DNA of 64,000 nt from Neoconidiobolus thromboides FSU 785 (GCA_025603075.1 MU626274.1:62001-126000), one strand, 5' to 3'. Counted from the first letter of the stretch, positions 26,417 through 39,874 are shown. Program-made: numbers and translations. Notes: generated by a model from the letters alone, not told the origin.

Positions 26417-28058
26417 TAAATTAGACCAATTTATCAACTAAAAAATTGTTCCTTTGTTTATATAGTATAATTCCATTTTTAATTTAAAGTAAGAAAAAGT
26501 TAAGATCTTTACTAAGTTTACTAAATATTTAATCTTAGGAGTTTATTCTTCTATTTTCATTTTTTAGTACTTTATTTACGAACTAATAGCTCTATAAAAC
26601 TATTATCATTACTAATATAAACCAATATCAATCATAATTTACATAACTATTTAATAAATTTACAATACTTCTTATTACAAAAAATAGCATAACATAGCAC
26701 ACGATTTATATATAACTAGAGGATCTAATCCAGGATACATTTTAAATGTAGAATCATGCTACAGTTTAAAGATAGTATCATCTTGCTAATATGATTAAAG
26801 TAGCTAGCTTGGGAATATATGCTTATTTCCTTTTATGCTTAAAATATTTCTTATTTTTTACTTTAGCGACTCTGATATAAGGGGTTTGATTTGTAATCAG
26901 AGGAAGTGAGTGCTACTAAATTTAAACAATTGTGAAATATTGGATTTTTAAAGGCTTTTCCTAGATCCTCTATATTAAATTCAAGCTATAGAATTAGTAT
27001 TTAAAAATTTATAAAGCAAAATGCAAAACATTCAAATAGTTTTGCTTAATATGTTACCTTAAAGTTTAATAAACAAATTAATCATAGCTATGGTTGAACC
27101 ACCTATTAGTATAGTTAATAGGTTAAATGCCACATCAAAAGATTTATAATCTTTTAAAAAGTGATAATATAGGTATTTTATCAAATGGATTGGAATTGTA
27201 AATGCTTAAGTTGGCAAACATAAAAGATTTAGTCATTGAAAAGGACTGCTTAGAAGATAGGAACAAAATCCAATTATTTTTACATTTAGAATAAGCAGAT
27301 ATTGGAATAGAGTTCATATTGCTTTGTTTTTAAAGGATTTCAAACGTAACAAAGGGAAAGATAAGATTAAAAGATAAGGATGTACCATTGAGTAAGGCAG
27401 GTTGTAAAGCAATAAAGACTTTATATGCAGTCTATAAACCAGTAGAGAGGATAAAGACTTTGAGTGTGATAAAAAAACAAATATACTACGATAACTCCAG
27501 GAAAAGCGGGATGAATCAAGGAGGTAACAGTTATATCCCAAAAGAGTATAAAGTTTGGAACTGAAAGTTGTTAAAGATTTTTTAAAATTAAATTAAAATT
27601 AAAATACTACGATTTGCTATTTGAAATAAAGTCTTATCAACTTAGAGTGCAAAAATTCAAAAACTAATCTTAGATTATTGCTTTATGCATTTTATTGTAT
27701 AAAATGAATTTACATATTTAATTCTATAACAAGAAAGTTTCTTTAAAAAGACGAATAATGCCCTAAGCTACGTTTTATCTAACACTAATACAAAACTTTT
27801 TTATCACATTTTAGCTTATTATTTTTTAATTAATCAATTTTATAAAATTGAATTTTATATTATCCTTTGAAAAATAATATTATTTGAGCTATGAAAAAAT
27901 AAAAAAAGATAGAATATTTAATGGTATCAATCGTAAGCATGCAAGTTTATCTCTGTTCCAAGGAAAAGTAAAAGTAAAGCTATAAGCCTAAGAATGAATT
28001 AGACATTTACTTTATTAAGTTTGCTCTTTATTGTAAACTATGCGCATTTGTAGTTAAG

Positions 28059-28955
28059 TTATTTATTGCGTACTTTTTGTATAAAGCATTTTACTTCATT
28101 TGTTATTCCAGTATGTAATGTAAGTATTAATAATACATTAAAAATCATTCCAAAGATAAACAAAAGGGAGGCAGTAGAATTAAGATCCTTGGCCTGTTTA
28201 AAAAAATCACCATATTTATACTTTAATGTTGATTCAATAAATAAACATATAAGCGAGCCTAACATACATATTCCATAAACAACTAAGATCAAATATACTT
28301 TGAGAGATGCATTTTTCAAACTCGTGAACCTTATACCACTAGTTGCTTCGAAGTTATATTCCGATTCCACTGATATAATTTCGCTTAGTCCACTAATTTG
28401 ACTTGCTAGACAGTAGTATGAATATATTAAAATTATAATAGCAATTAAGCAATTTAGCAAAGAGTAATGGTAAGTGATTGAAGCCAATACATTATTAACA
28501 ACGTCTAACAGACAGCTTACTTTAGTTGAAGAAAGTGCGAATGAATTCGTTACGGCACAAGCGATCAACAAAATTGTAAAAAGAATTAAGTTAATTACAA
28601 TAGCATGATAAATATAACTAAATAGATACGGTTTTTTAATTTTTGATAACCTTTCGATTGATAATAAAGAGCTTAATATGATCTCATATTGATAAATAAA
28701 TAATACTATAAAGCCATAAACGGTACATCCGTATTGAGTTTGGATCATTTTTTTCCCGTTAATGAAATAGTAGATAAGATCTGATAATACTGCAATTGGT
28801 GAAAGATATCCTAAAGAAGCTAAAATCATTATTAGTTTGATATCAAACCCTTTAAATGATAATTTGCTTGCAAAATAAATTAAAAATGAATTGATTATTA
28901 AACATAATGAAGTTGAGAAAATAATTGTTAAATAATAAGGAGTAAAGATGAACAT
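28059..28955 (-). CDS. 7TM receptor-like protein, copy 8
   Basis: 298 aa intact paralog. Confidence 0.75.
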   Translation of the reverse strand: MFIFTPYYLTIIFSTSLCLIINSFLIYFASKLSFKGFDIKLIMILASLGYLSPIAVLSDLIYYFINGKKMIQTQYGCTVYGFIVLFIYQYEIILSSLLSIERLSKIKKPYLFSYIYHAIVINLILFTILLIACAVTNSFALSSTKVSCLLDVVNNVLASITYHYSLLNCLIAIIILIYSYYCLASQISGLSEIISVESEYNFEATSGIRFTSLKNASLKVYLILVVYGICMLGSLICLFIESTLKYKYGDFFKQAKDLNSTASLLFIFGMIFNVLLILTLHTGITNEVKCFIQKVRNK

Positions 28956-30118
28956 TATATCAAATATGTTAATCAGCTAAAAAAATGTCCCCTTGTTTAT
29001 ATGGAATATTTTAATCTTGAATTTAGTGAATAAAAATTATCCTTTTTACTCTATTTATTACTCAATTTGGCGGTTTATTCCAAAACTTTGTTTTCTAGTA
29101 TTTGTTTACAAGCCTATAACTTCATAAAACTATTACATTTACTTAATATAAACACTGTAGATTGCGCTTTCCAGAATCATTTAATGAATTAGTGTTTTTC
29201 ATTCTAAAAAATAGTTTGAATAATAGCACACGCCTTGTGCATGGCTATATAAAATCTAATCCAGAATACAATATAAATTGAATTTAAGCTACTTTTCAAA
29301 AGTAAAATTACTCTGCTAATAATGATTATAAGCGTTAGCTTAATAACACAAAATTACTCTTGCTTTTGATTAAGGCATTTTTTATTTTTTAGCTCCTTGA
29401 TTCTTATACAAAGGACCTGGAGTCTATTGTTAAAAAATTAACTTTACTAATTTATAGTAACTGTGTAATATTAAATTTTTAAAGTCTTTACTCTATCTTT
29501 GGATTGAAAGTGAATAAATAAAACATAGCAAATATCTAGAACATAAAGTTAAGGAATTTTAAATAACCTTGCTTAATATAATACCTCAAAGTTTAATAAA
29601 TAAATTAATTGATGCATAATTACTTGCTTATTAGCATAACTAATCAATTAAATGCCATATTAATGGGTTTTTCAAAATAAACTCAATTTACTAGCATCTT
29701 ATTTGTTGAAAAATATTTTAAGTAAATTTAATAAATCTCAAATCACTTAAGATAAGATTCTGCTATCCTTAAATAGACTTAAATTTAAATCTAATAATTG
29801 TTCTAATTTATGCGTTTTATATATTTAAAGAGAAGTTTATTCAATGGGTTGTATTTTTGATTTTTATAACAAATTAGTCAGTTTTGTATAAAGTAATATT
29901 ATACATAGCATAAATAATATTATGTTTTAAACCTTCTGATATACTTTATTTTAATTATATTGTATCAATATGAATAAAAATATAGTATCTAAGGCTGAGA
30001 TCATGCAAGCAATTTCAACCAAGAGCATACAGGTTTACCTTTATCCCAGAAAAAAGCAAGTTTAATAGTGAAGAAGTGAGTGTAAATTTAACTTATATTA
30101 AGTTAGATTGGCTTTTTA

Positions 30119-31046
30119 CTATAAACTGTATATTTTTATTCTTAAATTATTTTTTACTTTTTGCATAAAACATTTTACTTCATTTGTAACTCCAGTATAC
30201 GAAATAAGCACAAGCAATATATTAAAGATAATATCAAAAACAAATGAAAAAGTATCAGCTGGATTGGGATCTCGGGGATATTCAAGGGAGTAGCCATATC
30301 TGTACTTCGATGTCAATTCAAGAAATAAAATAATAGTTGAAATTAGCAAACAGATTGTATAACTACTTAAGATTAAATATATTTTAATTAATGCTTTTTT
30401 AAAAACCTATGGCCCTTGTACTATTGGATGCTTCAACATTATATTCCGATTCTGATTCCAGTTCCACTAACATAACATCTCTAAGTTCATTAATCTCATT
30501 TGTTAAACAATAATACGAATACATTAAAAGTATAACCCCAATTAGGTTGCTTAGTAGACGATAATGGTAAGTGAATGAAGCCATAATACTATTGATAATG
30601 TCAAAATGACAAGTTAATTTTATTGAAGTAATTGCATAAGAATTTCTAACAGCGCAAACAATCAACAAAAGTGTAGAAATAGTTAAATTATTGTAGGATA
30701 ATAAACACAATTAAATAAATATAGTTTTTTAATTTTTGATAGTCTTTCTACTGATAGTAAAGAACTTAATACCATATCATATTTATAAACAAATACTATA
30801 ACAAAGTCATAAAAATTATATTCAAATTAATTCTCAATCGTTTTTTCTCCGTTAACTATACATAAATGAGATCAGATAACGTTGTAATTGGCATTAGAAA
30901 CTCCAAAGAGACTAAAATGAGTGTCAGTTTGATATCAAATTTTCTAATGATAGTTTGGTTGCGAAATAAATTAAAAATGAGTTGAAATTAAATATATTGA
31001 AGTTATATACATAATTGCTAAATAAAGAGACTTGAAGACGTACATT
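30119..31046 (-). pseudogene. 7TM receptor pseudogene, copy 9
   Basis: ATG at 31046 followed by stops and frameshifts; fragments 30399-30710 and 30119-30349 align to the family. Confidence 0.8.
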
Positions 31047-33484
31047 AAGACTAAATTAATAAATCAAGTAAAATATCTTTCCCCTGTTTATACAGTATAG
31101 TATTTCTTAATATAAAGAAAGTAAAAGCTAAATAGTTTGACTTTTTTATAAAGTCAATTCTAGTGAATCTTTCTTAGCTTTTTAGTTCATACATACACAT
31201 TCCCACAATGGAGTCAGTCACTTCTAGAATCCTGAATGCTAAATAATCGATTCAAACCAAGTCTAGCTCTATTTTTTAGAAAATTATTGAACCAATAGCT
31301 TTTTATTTGAAATATTATAATTTACTTTTGCTATTGTCATGAAATGCAAGAGATATTTTATAATTTATGTAAAATACTATAAAAAATCATAAACCATGTA
31401 ATTTGAATAGAATGTAAAACACGATTAAAGCAAAAATAGAGAACACAAAAACAAAATGTATCCATTCTAGATGTTAGTCTTTTTAACAAATATCACTTTG
31501 ATTAACTTGCTTATACCTTATCTTTGAAGTTTACTAAACTTAAATTCTACTGCTATTGTATTTAACAAAAAAACAAATTAAAGCACTTTATAATTATCAC
31601 ATTATTGTTTAGTACATTTGATATCACTTTTCAATGAATGGCATTTTATAATTTTTGATTCCTAACTCACCAATTTAATGACTAGTTAATATATTTAATT
31701 GCTATTGATTGAAATTTTCATAACATCTAAGAATTTCATTAAGATATAAATCAGTTGAACTAAAATTTGAATTTTGTGCTAATTTGACCTGTTTTCCACA
31801 AACTGTGTAAAATTGTTAGTAGGTTGATAATAATTAAGCTTTCATTCATTCAACTATGGTTAGAGATTATAGTCAATGAGAATATAAAATGAATCGAACT
31901 ACGACCTCTGACCGCGGTTCGTTGATAAGGAGTTAAAGATATAAAATTAGTGCCATACCCTTCCTTCAAAAATAGGTTTTTATTTTGTTTTTTAACTTTC
32001 ATTGTACAATTTTACATCTGAGTTTTGTTCATACCTACCCATAAGCGATAAATTTTAGAAAATCTTTACTACACAAATCATATATTAAATTGTATAATTT
32101 ATTTATGATATGTATATTTATGAATAGTACAAAGAATAGTATAGCGCCAACCCTCCACTTAGTTCGATTGGTTTTACCCACGCTGCTATAGTAAAAGTCA
32201 TCTATTTTTAAATATATGCTTACACACAGATTAATTTTTATAGCAAATATAGACATTTTAAAATTCTTTTATGATAATTATTTGAATAAGCAATAGGTTC
32301 CTTTACTCTAAAATTAGTATTTTTCAAATTATATTGCTATAAGTATATTAATTGGCTGTTTTAGAAAAAATTCAATATGATAGTAAAGATATTAGTAATT
32401 CTAACGTTTTCGTGTAATTTGTTTATAATAACCTTTATCAATAATAAATTGAATAGCTAATATATTGCTTTAAAGGTATTTAAAATATGAAAACAACAGT
32501 TAATTTGTATATTAGAAATATAAATTTATGAGAAATTAATTGAACAAATTGAAAAAAAAATCTTTAAATGATAACTTAGAATAATAATTTAATATTCTAT
32601 TTGAATCGATATATCCTTTTATCGATATTTTAATCTAATTATAAGAACGACATAGTGAAGTAGAACAATTATACTCAAACATGCTTTTTGAGTTATTATC
32701 CATAATACAATTGATAAAGCAGTTATTACTAATAATCTTAAAGTCTTGCTACAATTTACTCAATAATCAAAAATTTTAAGTGTTGAGCTGCCCTGAGATG
32801 TAACAGATACTTTATGGCTAGTAAAATCTCTAGCAACCAAGACTAAATTATAAATATAAGACAATAAGATAAAAAACATAAAATTATAACTCATTTTACC
32901 AAAGATTGTTTTTTACTATACTTATCTTTTATTTAGTTTTAATAATATTAACGATAGTCTTTTATATTGATGATCATTTATTATGGCTTTAAGTTTAGGT
33001 GGCATTTAACTTATATTATCAGATAAATAGTTAAAAAGCATTGCTTTGTAGAAATTCAAATCATGTATGATCAATAGTAAAAGTATTGTTGCCATTATTG
33101 CTTAAAAAACAATAAATAGAATAAATAGGATCTATTATAAAAGATAAAGTTTATGCTATAGTTCCTTTTTGCTGTTTTATAAGTGAAGTTTTTTACAAAG
33201 TAATTGTATATAGGTAAGAAAAAATTAGGGGAGGTAGTTCTGGAAAGATTAAAAGCTTTTTTGATACATATTTCAATTAATTTAAATAACAGTTAAATAT
33301 TAATATAGTAAAATAAAATTAATACAAATGTTTTAATCAATAGTGAATTGGCTGCCTAAAAGCTAATTTTAAATTTATCTAAAATAAAATATTTATAATT
33401 AATTTACTAATATATCAATAAAAAATCATCATTTTTTATTCAGCCATTATAGTAAATAGTATAATTGCTTTACTAACATTTGAG

Positions 33485-33825
33485 TTATGTATTACATGGT
33501 GAAGAAATACAAGCACACTTAACTAGATCACCTGAAGAATGATTTGAGTAGCAAAATAATCGAGAATGATCAAACGTTATTTGTAAAAATCCTTTACAAT
33601 TTATTTCACAGGTGATGGTAATTAAAAGAGCTCCTTTACCTTCAACATATGGGGCTGTTTTTTTTGACTCCATTATTTTTCCGTTTTTTAAGCGCTATTT
33701 GAGTGGAAAATTTGTTAGTAAAATTCTTAAACATAAAAATACATCCTCATATACTGATATTTGACAAGCAGAAAATACCCCTGTAACTAAGATTAACTTA
33801 GAAATAACAACGTTAAATTTTATTT
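33485..33825 (-). pseudogene. Small secreted Cys-rich protein paralog split by a MITE
   Basis: (I)KFNVVISKLILVTGVFSACQISVY|MITE|VEGKGALLITITCEINCKGFLQ...CACISSPC. Confidence 0.8.
33651..33748. mobile_element. MITE inserted in a Cys-rich protein gene, ATAT TSD
   Basis: Excision restores the reading frame (tca gta tat gtt gaa on the minus strand). Confidence 0.9.
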
Positions 33826-35459
33826 GACTGGGAAAATATATTAAACTGACTATCAAATGAAAAGTTAAACTTATTATTATTATTATTTTGTAATTTTTGT
33901 TGCTTTTTATACCTATCTTTCAATCAGTTTTGGCAATAACCGATGGTTTTTATTAGCCTCATTGTGAAAGTTTACAAATCTCCCTTTCTAGAATAAATTT
34001 AATATCATTGATGTTGTGGAATTGTCAATAAATTGGACCATTGTTTGCCTTATGATTAATATAAAAAATATGCATTGGAATGGTCCTAGGTATATTTTTA
34101 ATACATTTGGAGCTTGCCATATATTCAGGTAAATATTTCTGTAATGAACAGCGGAATCCATATCAAATAAAGTAAAGTGGATTGAAATGGCAGTTACGCA
34201 ACTAGGGATAAAAATGAACTGTTAGATGTCACAAAAATACCAAAGATGAGAATAAAGATATCTTAATTTAGTTAGTATATACTATGATATAATGCAATTT
34301 TTAGTAATAACAAGAGGAAGAAATGAGGGAATTCGTAAATAAAAAAGGTAAATTTTCAATGATATTTATTCAGTTTATAGTCATGTCATTTATACAACTT
34401 TAAGGTAAGTAGAATGATAATAAACACTGACATCTAAAAAGAGTACTTTTGAGATATTAGTGTAAACCAAAGGGGGTAAATATTTAGGTATTATTATTTT
34501 ATGAATAAAGCAATAAGTGATTTAAGGATATGACGATATTAGTTTATTAAAATTTTAATTTCTTCAAATATTAAAATAGTTGGTTATGATCACAACAGTA
34601 TTGAACGTGAAAGGTGACCAAAAGCAATAAACAAATTTATTGTTCTAAAGGAGTTAATAGATAGGAGTAGTAAGGAAATTTGTATAAATAAAGATGTCAG
34701 CCGTCCTCCATTTCCTCTAACTATGAGTTTAAAAAAATCGATAAATTAGTTTTGGAAGGGTATATATAATCTAATACTTTAAGTCAAAAAGTCAAATAGC
34801 TAATAGACTTACATCATGACTTATTTATTTATGGATGTTCACTTTAATAAACTCGTTATACTTAAATTCTATATAAATTTAAGCTTTTATTAATTTACAG
34901 TATAGTCCCAAAAAAGTTGTAAGTTGCTATTTATAAAAGATAACTATAATGTGGTTTGAGGAAAATACAGAAGTTATGCTAATTTCTTACAATAATCTTT
35001 TATTAAACAATTCAAGGTAGAATTTAACTTGCCTTATTAATAAAGTATGTTTAAAAGGCATTATGCCATAAAAAATAAATTATATATGATTAATAGTGGT
35101 AATGTTGCCTTAACCGCTTAAAACTTATATAAAAAAGATATGATATATATAAAGTAAATTTATGTCATAACATCTTTTTGTTATATATCATAGATAAATG
35201 TCTTTTACAAATTGAAAACAAGTGGGAAGAAGCAAGAAGCAGTAACTACGAAAGACCTAATTTTTCTAATGCGTAAAGTAGTTGGTATAAAGATTGTTAA
35301 ATGTTTGTAAACAAACTAGAATTAAAAGCTTTTATCAATAGTGAATTAACCAATGTTATATTAAACTTGATTGAAACACGGAAGTAATACTTAATTTTGT
35401 AGTATACTAACATGGAATGTGAATTCCCAAGCAATTATTGTGATAAACGACCATATCGT

Positions 35460-35717
35460 TTCATTTACATATTAACGATATCAGTAAAGAAACGCATCTA
35501 AAAAATCTCAACCATAATCAACAATACCTTTTGAAGCATCGCCTTTAACACATTCAATATTAAGATTAATGCCAGTAACTCCTAAAATCTTGATACAGCT
35601 TACTGTGCAAGCATTAACTTTATCGATTGAGCTATCTCGAAGTGTAATAGTTGTTATACAGCTAAAAAATACGCTAGTTATGAGGATTAAATTATAAATA
35701 ATACCACTGAATTTCAT
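35460..35717 (-). pseudogene. Small secreted Cys-rich protein paralog (premature stop/frameshift)
   Basis: Signal-peptide-like MKFSGIIYNLILITSVFFSC and C-x3-C; the tail RCVSLLISLIC lies in another frame. Confidence 0.65.
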
Positions 35718-36274
35718 CTGGTAGACAAATCAGTAAATTAGTAACAAAATAGGGAGATTAAAGCTACAGATCCTTTTAAAAAGTATCCATTTTCTTTATA
35801 ATAATTTTCAGCCCGTTTAACCAAAGCATTATTATTTTTGCTAACTATTATTTGTATGACTAAAATCAGCTATATTTAATGTATTGAGAAAAATAAGACT
35901 AAAAAGTATTGGGTTATAAAGCCAATTAGTAGATGGGTAGTAGTGTAAATATTGAGACCCATCATTGCTTGAAAAGTAATAAATAAATTATGCTGTAGAA
36001 AAAGATAAATGATTTTTATTGCATAACTATTTTATTAAATGATATGAAGTAAAGTATTTATGATGTTAGGTTTACATAAGAAGTAAGAGTTTAGGAGCTT
36101 TTTTAGTTTGCAGCAAATAATTTAAGGGTTGGATAGTTTTTTATCGATAATAAATAAGCTAATCAAAAGGTCATTTAAAGCTCGATTAAAATAGAGAATT
36201 TATTGATTTATTTATGTACTATAGAAAGTTCTAAATTTTAATTATTCATTATAGTAAACAACAAAAGCATCTAA

Positions 36275-36529
36275 TTAGCATCCTAATGATGATGGTAAAG
36301 GATGACAGCCTGAGGAAATGCATACGCAGTTTATCGAAGTTTTTGAAATAAGATCTGTAGTACAACTGAAAAAACGGCTGTTAGCGGTAGCTTGTAAAAT
36401 GTCACCACAATCAGTTTTACAAGTATGACTTTTGGAAGTTGCACTACCTTCAAGCGTTAAAGTCACGTCACATATAGAAGAGACTTTAGTAACTAAGGTC
36501 AAGTTACAAATTATAGTATTAAATTTCAT
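36275..36529 (-). CDS. Small secreted 8-Cys protein
   Basis: 84 aa with a signal-peptide-like N-terminus; mature pattern C-x16-C-x3-C-x14-C-x11-C-x-C-x4-C-x8-C. Confidence 0.75.
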   Translation of the reverse strand: MKFNTIICNLTLVTKVSSICDVTLTLEGSATSKSHTCKTDCGDILQATANSRFFSCTTDLISKTSINCVCISSGCHPLPSSLGC

Positions 36530-36734
36530 TTTTAAAAGTAAAATTATAAATTAACTATAAAATAAAAATCCAAAGTTCATTGTTGTTTTTAAATTCCCTT
36601 TCTTTTTGTACTTAATTTCCTTCACGCTAGATTCATATTGTCATTTCTAACGATATTTAGTTAATCGTTGAATTTATAATAATTAGCCTGTGAATCAAAA
36701 AAAATAGCTATAAAATGGTTATTTAAAACTAAAT

Positions 36735-36830
36735 GGGGTATATTTTTATGTTTAAGAACTTTACTAACAAATTTTCCACTCAAATAGCGCTTAAAGATAG
36801 AAAAAATAATGAAGTCAAAAAGAACACCCC
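36735..36830. mobile_element. MITE copy
   Basis: aaat|ggggtatatt...aacacccc with the family core. Confidence 0.8.
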
Positions 36831-37282
36831 GAAATAATCTATATTTAATGGTGAAGGTAGTAGTACCCAGATTTATAACTGATAAAAAAATAAAGACAAC
36901 TATACATTATAGAAAAGAATAAGGGTATAAGCTTCACTAATTTTTTCCTTATATAATACAAAAGAAAGTTGTTTATGAATAAATAAAAATAGGCAAAAAG
37001 ATTCTAAATTTTTAAAGTGAATAGGAATTAACATAAGAATTAATTAAAACCACAATTACTTTTCTATTAATATTTAATAATCAACCAAAGTAATATTATA
37101 AACCTATTTAAAGTATCAAAATATCTTTCAATTTTGTATTATATAAAAAAGCATTAATTTATACCTACTTAATATAATATATATTATCAAATATTAATAG
37201 AAATAACCTAAATAATCTTCCTTTTTTATTGACATTGAAATGATCGTGGTAAAAGGGGTGTATCATGGAGAACAATGGCATT

Positions 37283-37490
37283 TTATTGCTCCGTTTTGAT
37301 TTTTATCTGGAATACAAAGTGTGCGTTTTCTAGCATTATATATTGTGATATCAACATGATTTTCTTTACAATTAAAAACATGACATTTTTTGCATCCCTC
37401 TTAGATACCATAGTTACTTTACAATCCAAGACTACTTCAGAAGCCAAAATTAAATTAAAGACTATAATATTAAGTATCATTTTTTTGATC
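37283..37490 (-). pseudogene. Degenerate small Cys-rich protein paralog
   Basis: MILNIIVFNLILASEVVLDCKVT resembles the N-termini of the neighbours; later cysteines are lost. Confidence 0.5.
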
Positions 37491-37975
37491 TTTATTAGTA
37501 TTAATCTAGCTATCAAATTAAAAGTATCAAATTATTTGGCATTTTATAAATCTTTTATTGTTATAATTATAACCAAATCTATATTTGAAGTGTATCTTTA
37601 TATTAATCATTATTTTTTTATTAACTTCAACCCTAACTAATAATTAGCTATGCTATTAAATAGAAAAGAAGTTCTAAAGATGTTTGTTACAAAAGAATTA
37701 AAAATGATTGAAAACGAAGATATCAGTCAAATTCACAATTAGTAGTGTAATTTTTAATTTACCTTTTTATTCTTACATAATCTAAAATGTTAGTCATAAA
37801 TTAATTATGTCAAATCACAAAAGAATAAGAAAAGGATGAATAATGAAATATCAAATTGTTTATATTGATTAATTAAATAGTAAAGTATTTTTTATGTAAA
37901 AAAATAACTAATATAGTAGGACACTAAATTTTTTACTTTATTTTAAAGTTTAATGAAAAGACTTATTTCCATTTA

Positions 37976-38233
37976 CTAACATCCTAATTTTAGTGGCAAA
38001 GGATAGCATTCTGCAGAAACACAAGCACATATAACGGAAGAATATAAAGTAGCATCTGCAAGACAGGTTAAATAACGATGTTTGAAAGTAGTTTTTAAGA
38101 CATCAGTACAACTTGCTTTACAATTATAAGTTTTTGAGCCTAATGGGTTACCATCCGGTACCGTAGTGACTTTACAAGCAGAAACTAATCCAGTAGCTAT
38201 AATTAAATTTAAAATTATTGTGTTAAATCTCAT
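37976..38233 (-). CDS. Small secreted 8-Cys protein
   Basis: 85 aa with the same Cys spacing as 36275-36529. Confidence 0.75.
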   Translation of the reverse strand: MRFNTIILNLIIATGLVSACKVTTVPDGNPLGSKTYNCKASCTDVLKTTFKHRYLTCLADATLYSSVICACVSAECYPLPLKLGC

Positions 38234-38718
38234 TTTTGTTTATTATTATTGTCAACTATATATAAAATAAAAGACTTTATAAATTATTTTATATCTTTTT
38301 TGGTTTTATTTTTTTGCTATTAGTTGATTTGCATTAGATTTACATTTGTACTAATATTTTCAATGCTGATCATTATTGGTTCCAATTTTCGTAATAAAAT
38401 AGAATAAAATAAAACAAAATAAATAGTATTAGCAAATATTAGTAAAAAACTTAGCTATAAAATTAATAATAATAATAACTAATAATAATATAATAATTTG
38501 CTATTATTATAGTTGTTTTTATTTTATTTTCATTTTTATTTTTATTAGCAAATATAACGAAAAGTTTAAAAATTTATAAGTTTAATAAAATGATATACTG
38601 AATTTTCATCACCAAACTTAAAGATGATCCTAAATTAAAAGGCTGAGTGTAAAAAATAGTAATCGTTTATAATTTTGATTTAGTAGTTCTTTTAATATTA
38701 AACTTTACTTTTATTATA

Positions 38719-39561
38719 ATGATGCTTAAATTATATTTTATAATAACGTCAATATTCTATTTATTTGGGCTGGTATCAAGTGCAATAAATAATGACCAAT
38801 GTCAACCTGTTAAATGTAATGGGGTGTTGTTAGTAGGTAAATATACATATAAAGCGGAGACAGTCACGTTTAATAAAGCAGGTAAAAACTTGAAAATAGA
38901 TGTAAAGTTATTCAATGAGCTAATGGACACCTTTTATAATGATAAACCAATACCATTGTTAGAAACTTATAAATTTATTGCTGAAATATTAAATGAGAAC
39001 CCAGTTTTATTCCAATTTCTTTTATCTTTAGACTTGAAGAAGTATAAATTGAATGATGTTATTGCACCTGTAATTTGGGCCTTTTTTGCTGATCCTAGTA
39101 AAAATTTAAATAAGGCAAAGAAAACACAATCCAACGACAAAAGTAAAGATAAAGCAGAACAACTATTAAATGTTTTGATTTCAAAATTAATTAACGCTTT
39201 CTCAGAAAATGAAAGAACCCTTCTCAATTTAAGAGATTTCTTACAAGAACAATTAGATAAAGACAATGATTTAGTTATTTATATTAGAGATTTCATCAAT
39301 GTGTTCTTAGCTCAATATAAAGATAGTAAAGACAAACTAAGAAAACTTATCTTAAAAATGGTTGTGGCCTTAGAAGTAATGAAAGCTGACAAAAAATCTG
39401 ATGATGTAGCTAACCAGCAGGACCAATTAGTGAAGTTAATTAAAAACTTCTTTGCTGCTTCACCAAGATTAAAAGTTAAAATTGTGGATCTTGTGGTTGA
39501 TGTGCAAACAATGCATAATCTTATTCCATCAAATTTATATACTAAACTTGGGTTCAAATAG
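38719..39561 (+). CDS. Secreted protein of unknown function
   Basis: 280 aa ORF; hydrophobic signal peptide ending VSSA; Lys/Leu-rich helical body; no recognised family. Confidence 0.6.
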   Translation: MMLKLYFIITSIFYLFGLVSSAINNDQCQPVKCNGVLLVGKYTYKAETVTFNKAGKNLKIDVKLFNELMDTFYNDKPIPLLETYKFIAEILNENPVLFQFLLSLDLKKYKLNDVIAPVIWAFFADPSKNLNKAKKTQSNDKSKDKAEQLLNVLISKLINAFSENERTLLNLRDFLQEQLDKDNDLVIYIRDFINVFLAQYKDSKDKLRKLILKMVVALEVMKADKKSDDVANQQDQLVKLIKNFFAASPRLKVKIVDLVVDVQTMHNLIPSNLYTKLGFK

Positions 39562-39874
39562 TGAAATAAAAATAAAAATTATATTAAGCTTTACTTAAAA
39601 TGATTTTAGTTATGGTTGTTTTGATCTTTTACAACAATATAATAAAATATTAGTTTTATTTAATAGCATTGGTTTGGTTAGGTAACAATAAAAATATTTT
39701 TCAAAACTTGATTTCATATATTACCAAATTAGTAATTTATTTTAAAACACTAAAGTGTGTACATAGCTGAAATTGATTAGATCCCATAATATACGATCAA
39801 GCCACATTAAGACCTTTTAAAAAATGTGGGGAAAGAAAAAAGTAATGATTTTATTAGATCATAGAATAATAAAA

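Noticed and set aside
27300-27560. Possible LINE RT fragment (GMNQGG)
   Set aside because: A single weak motif with no YADD or other RT motifs in register.
2075-28955. 7TM genes as opsins (GC..YGF and SC..D look opsin-like)
   Set aside because: The position equivalent to rhodopsin K296 (six residues before the TM7 Asn) is Val or Ile, so there is no retinal Schiff-base lysine.
31885-31925. tRNA-like fragment (gaatcgaactacgacctc)
   Set aside because: Only a T-arm-like piece; no cloverleaf can be built.
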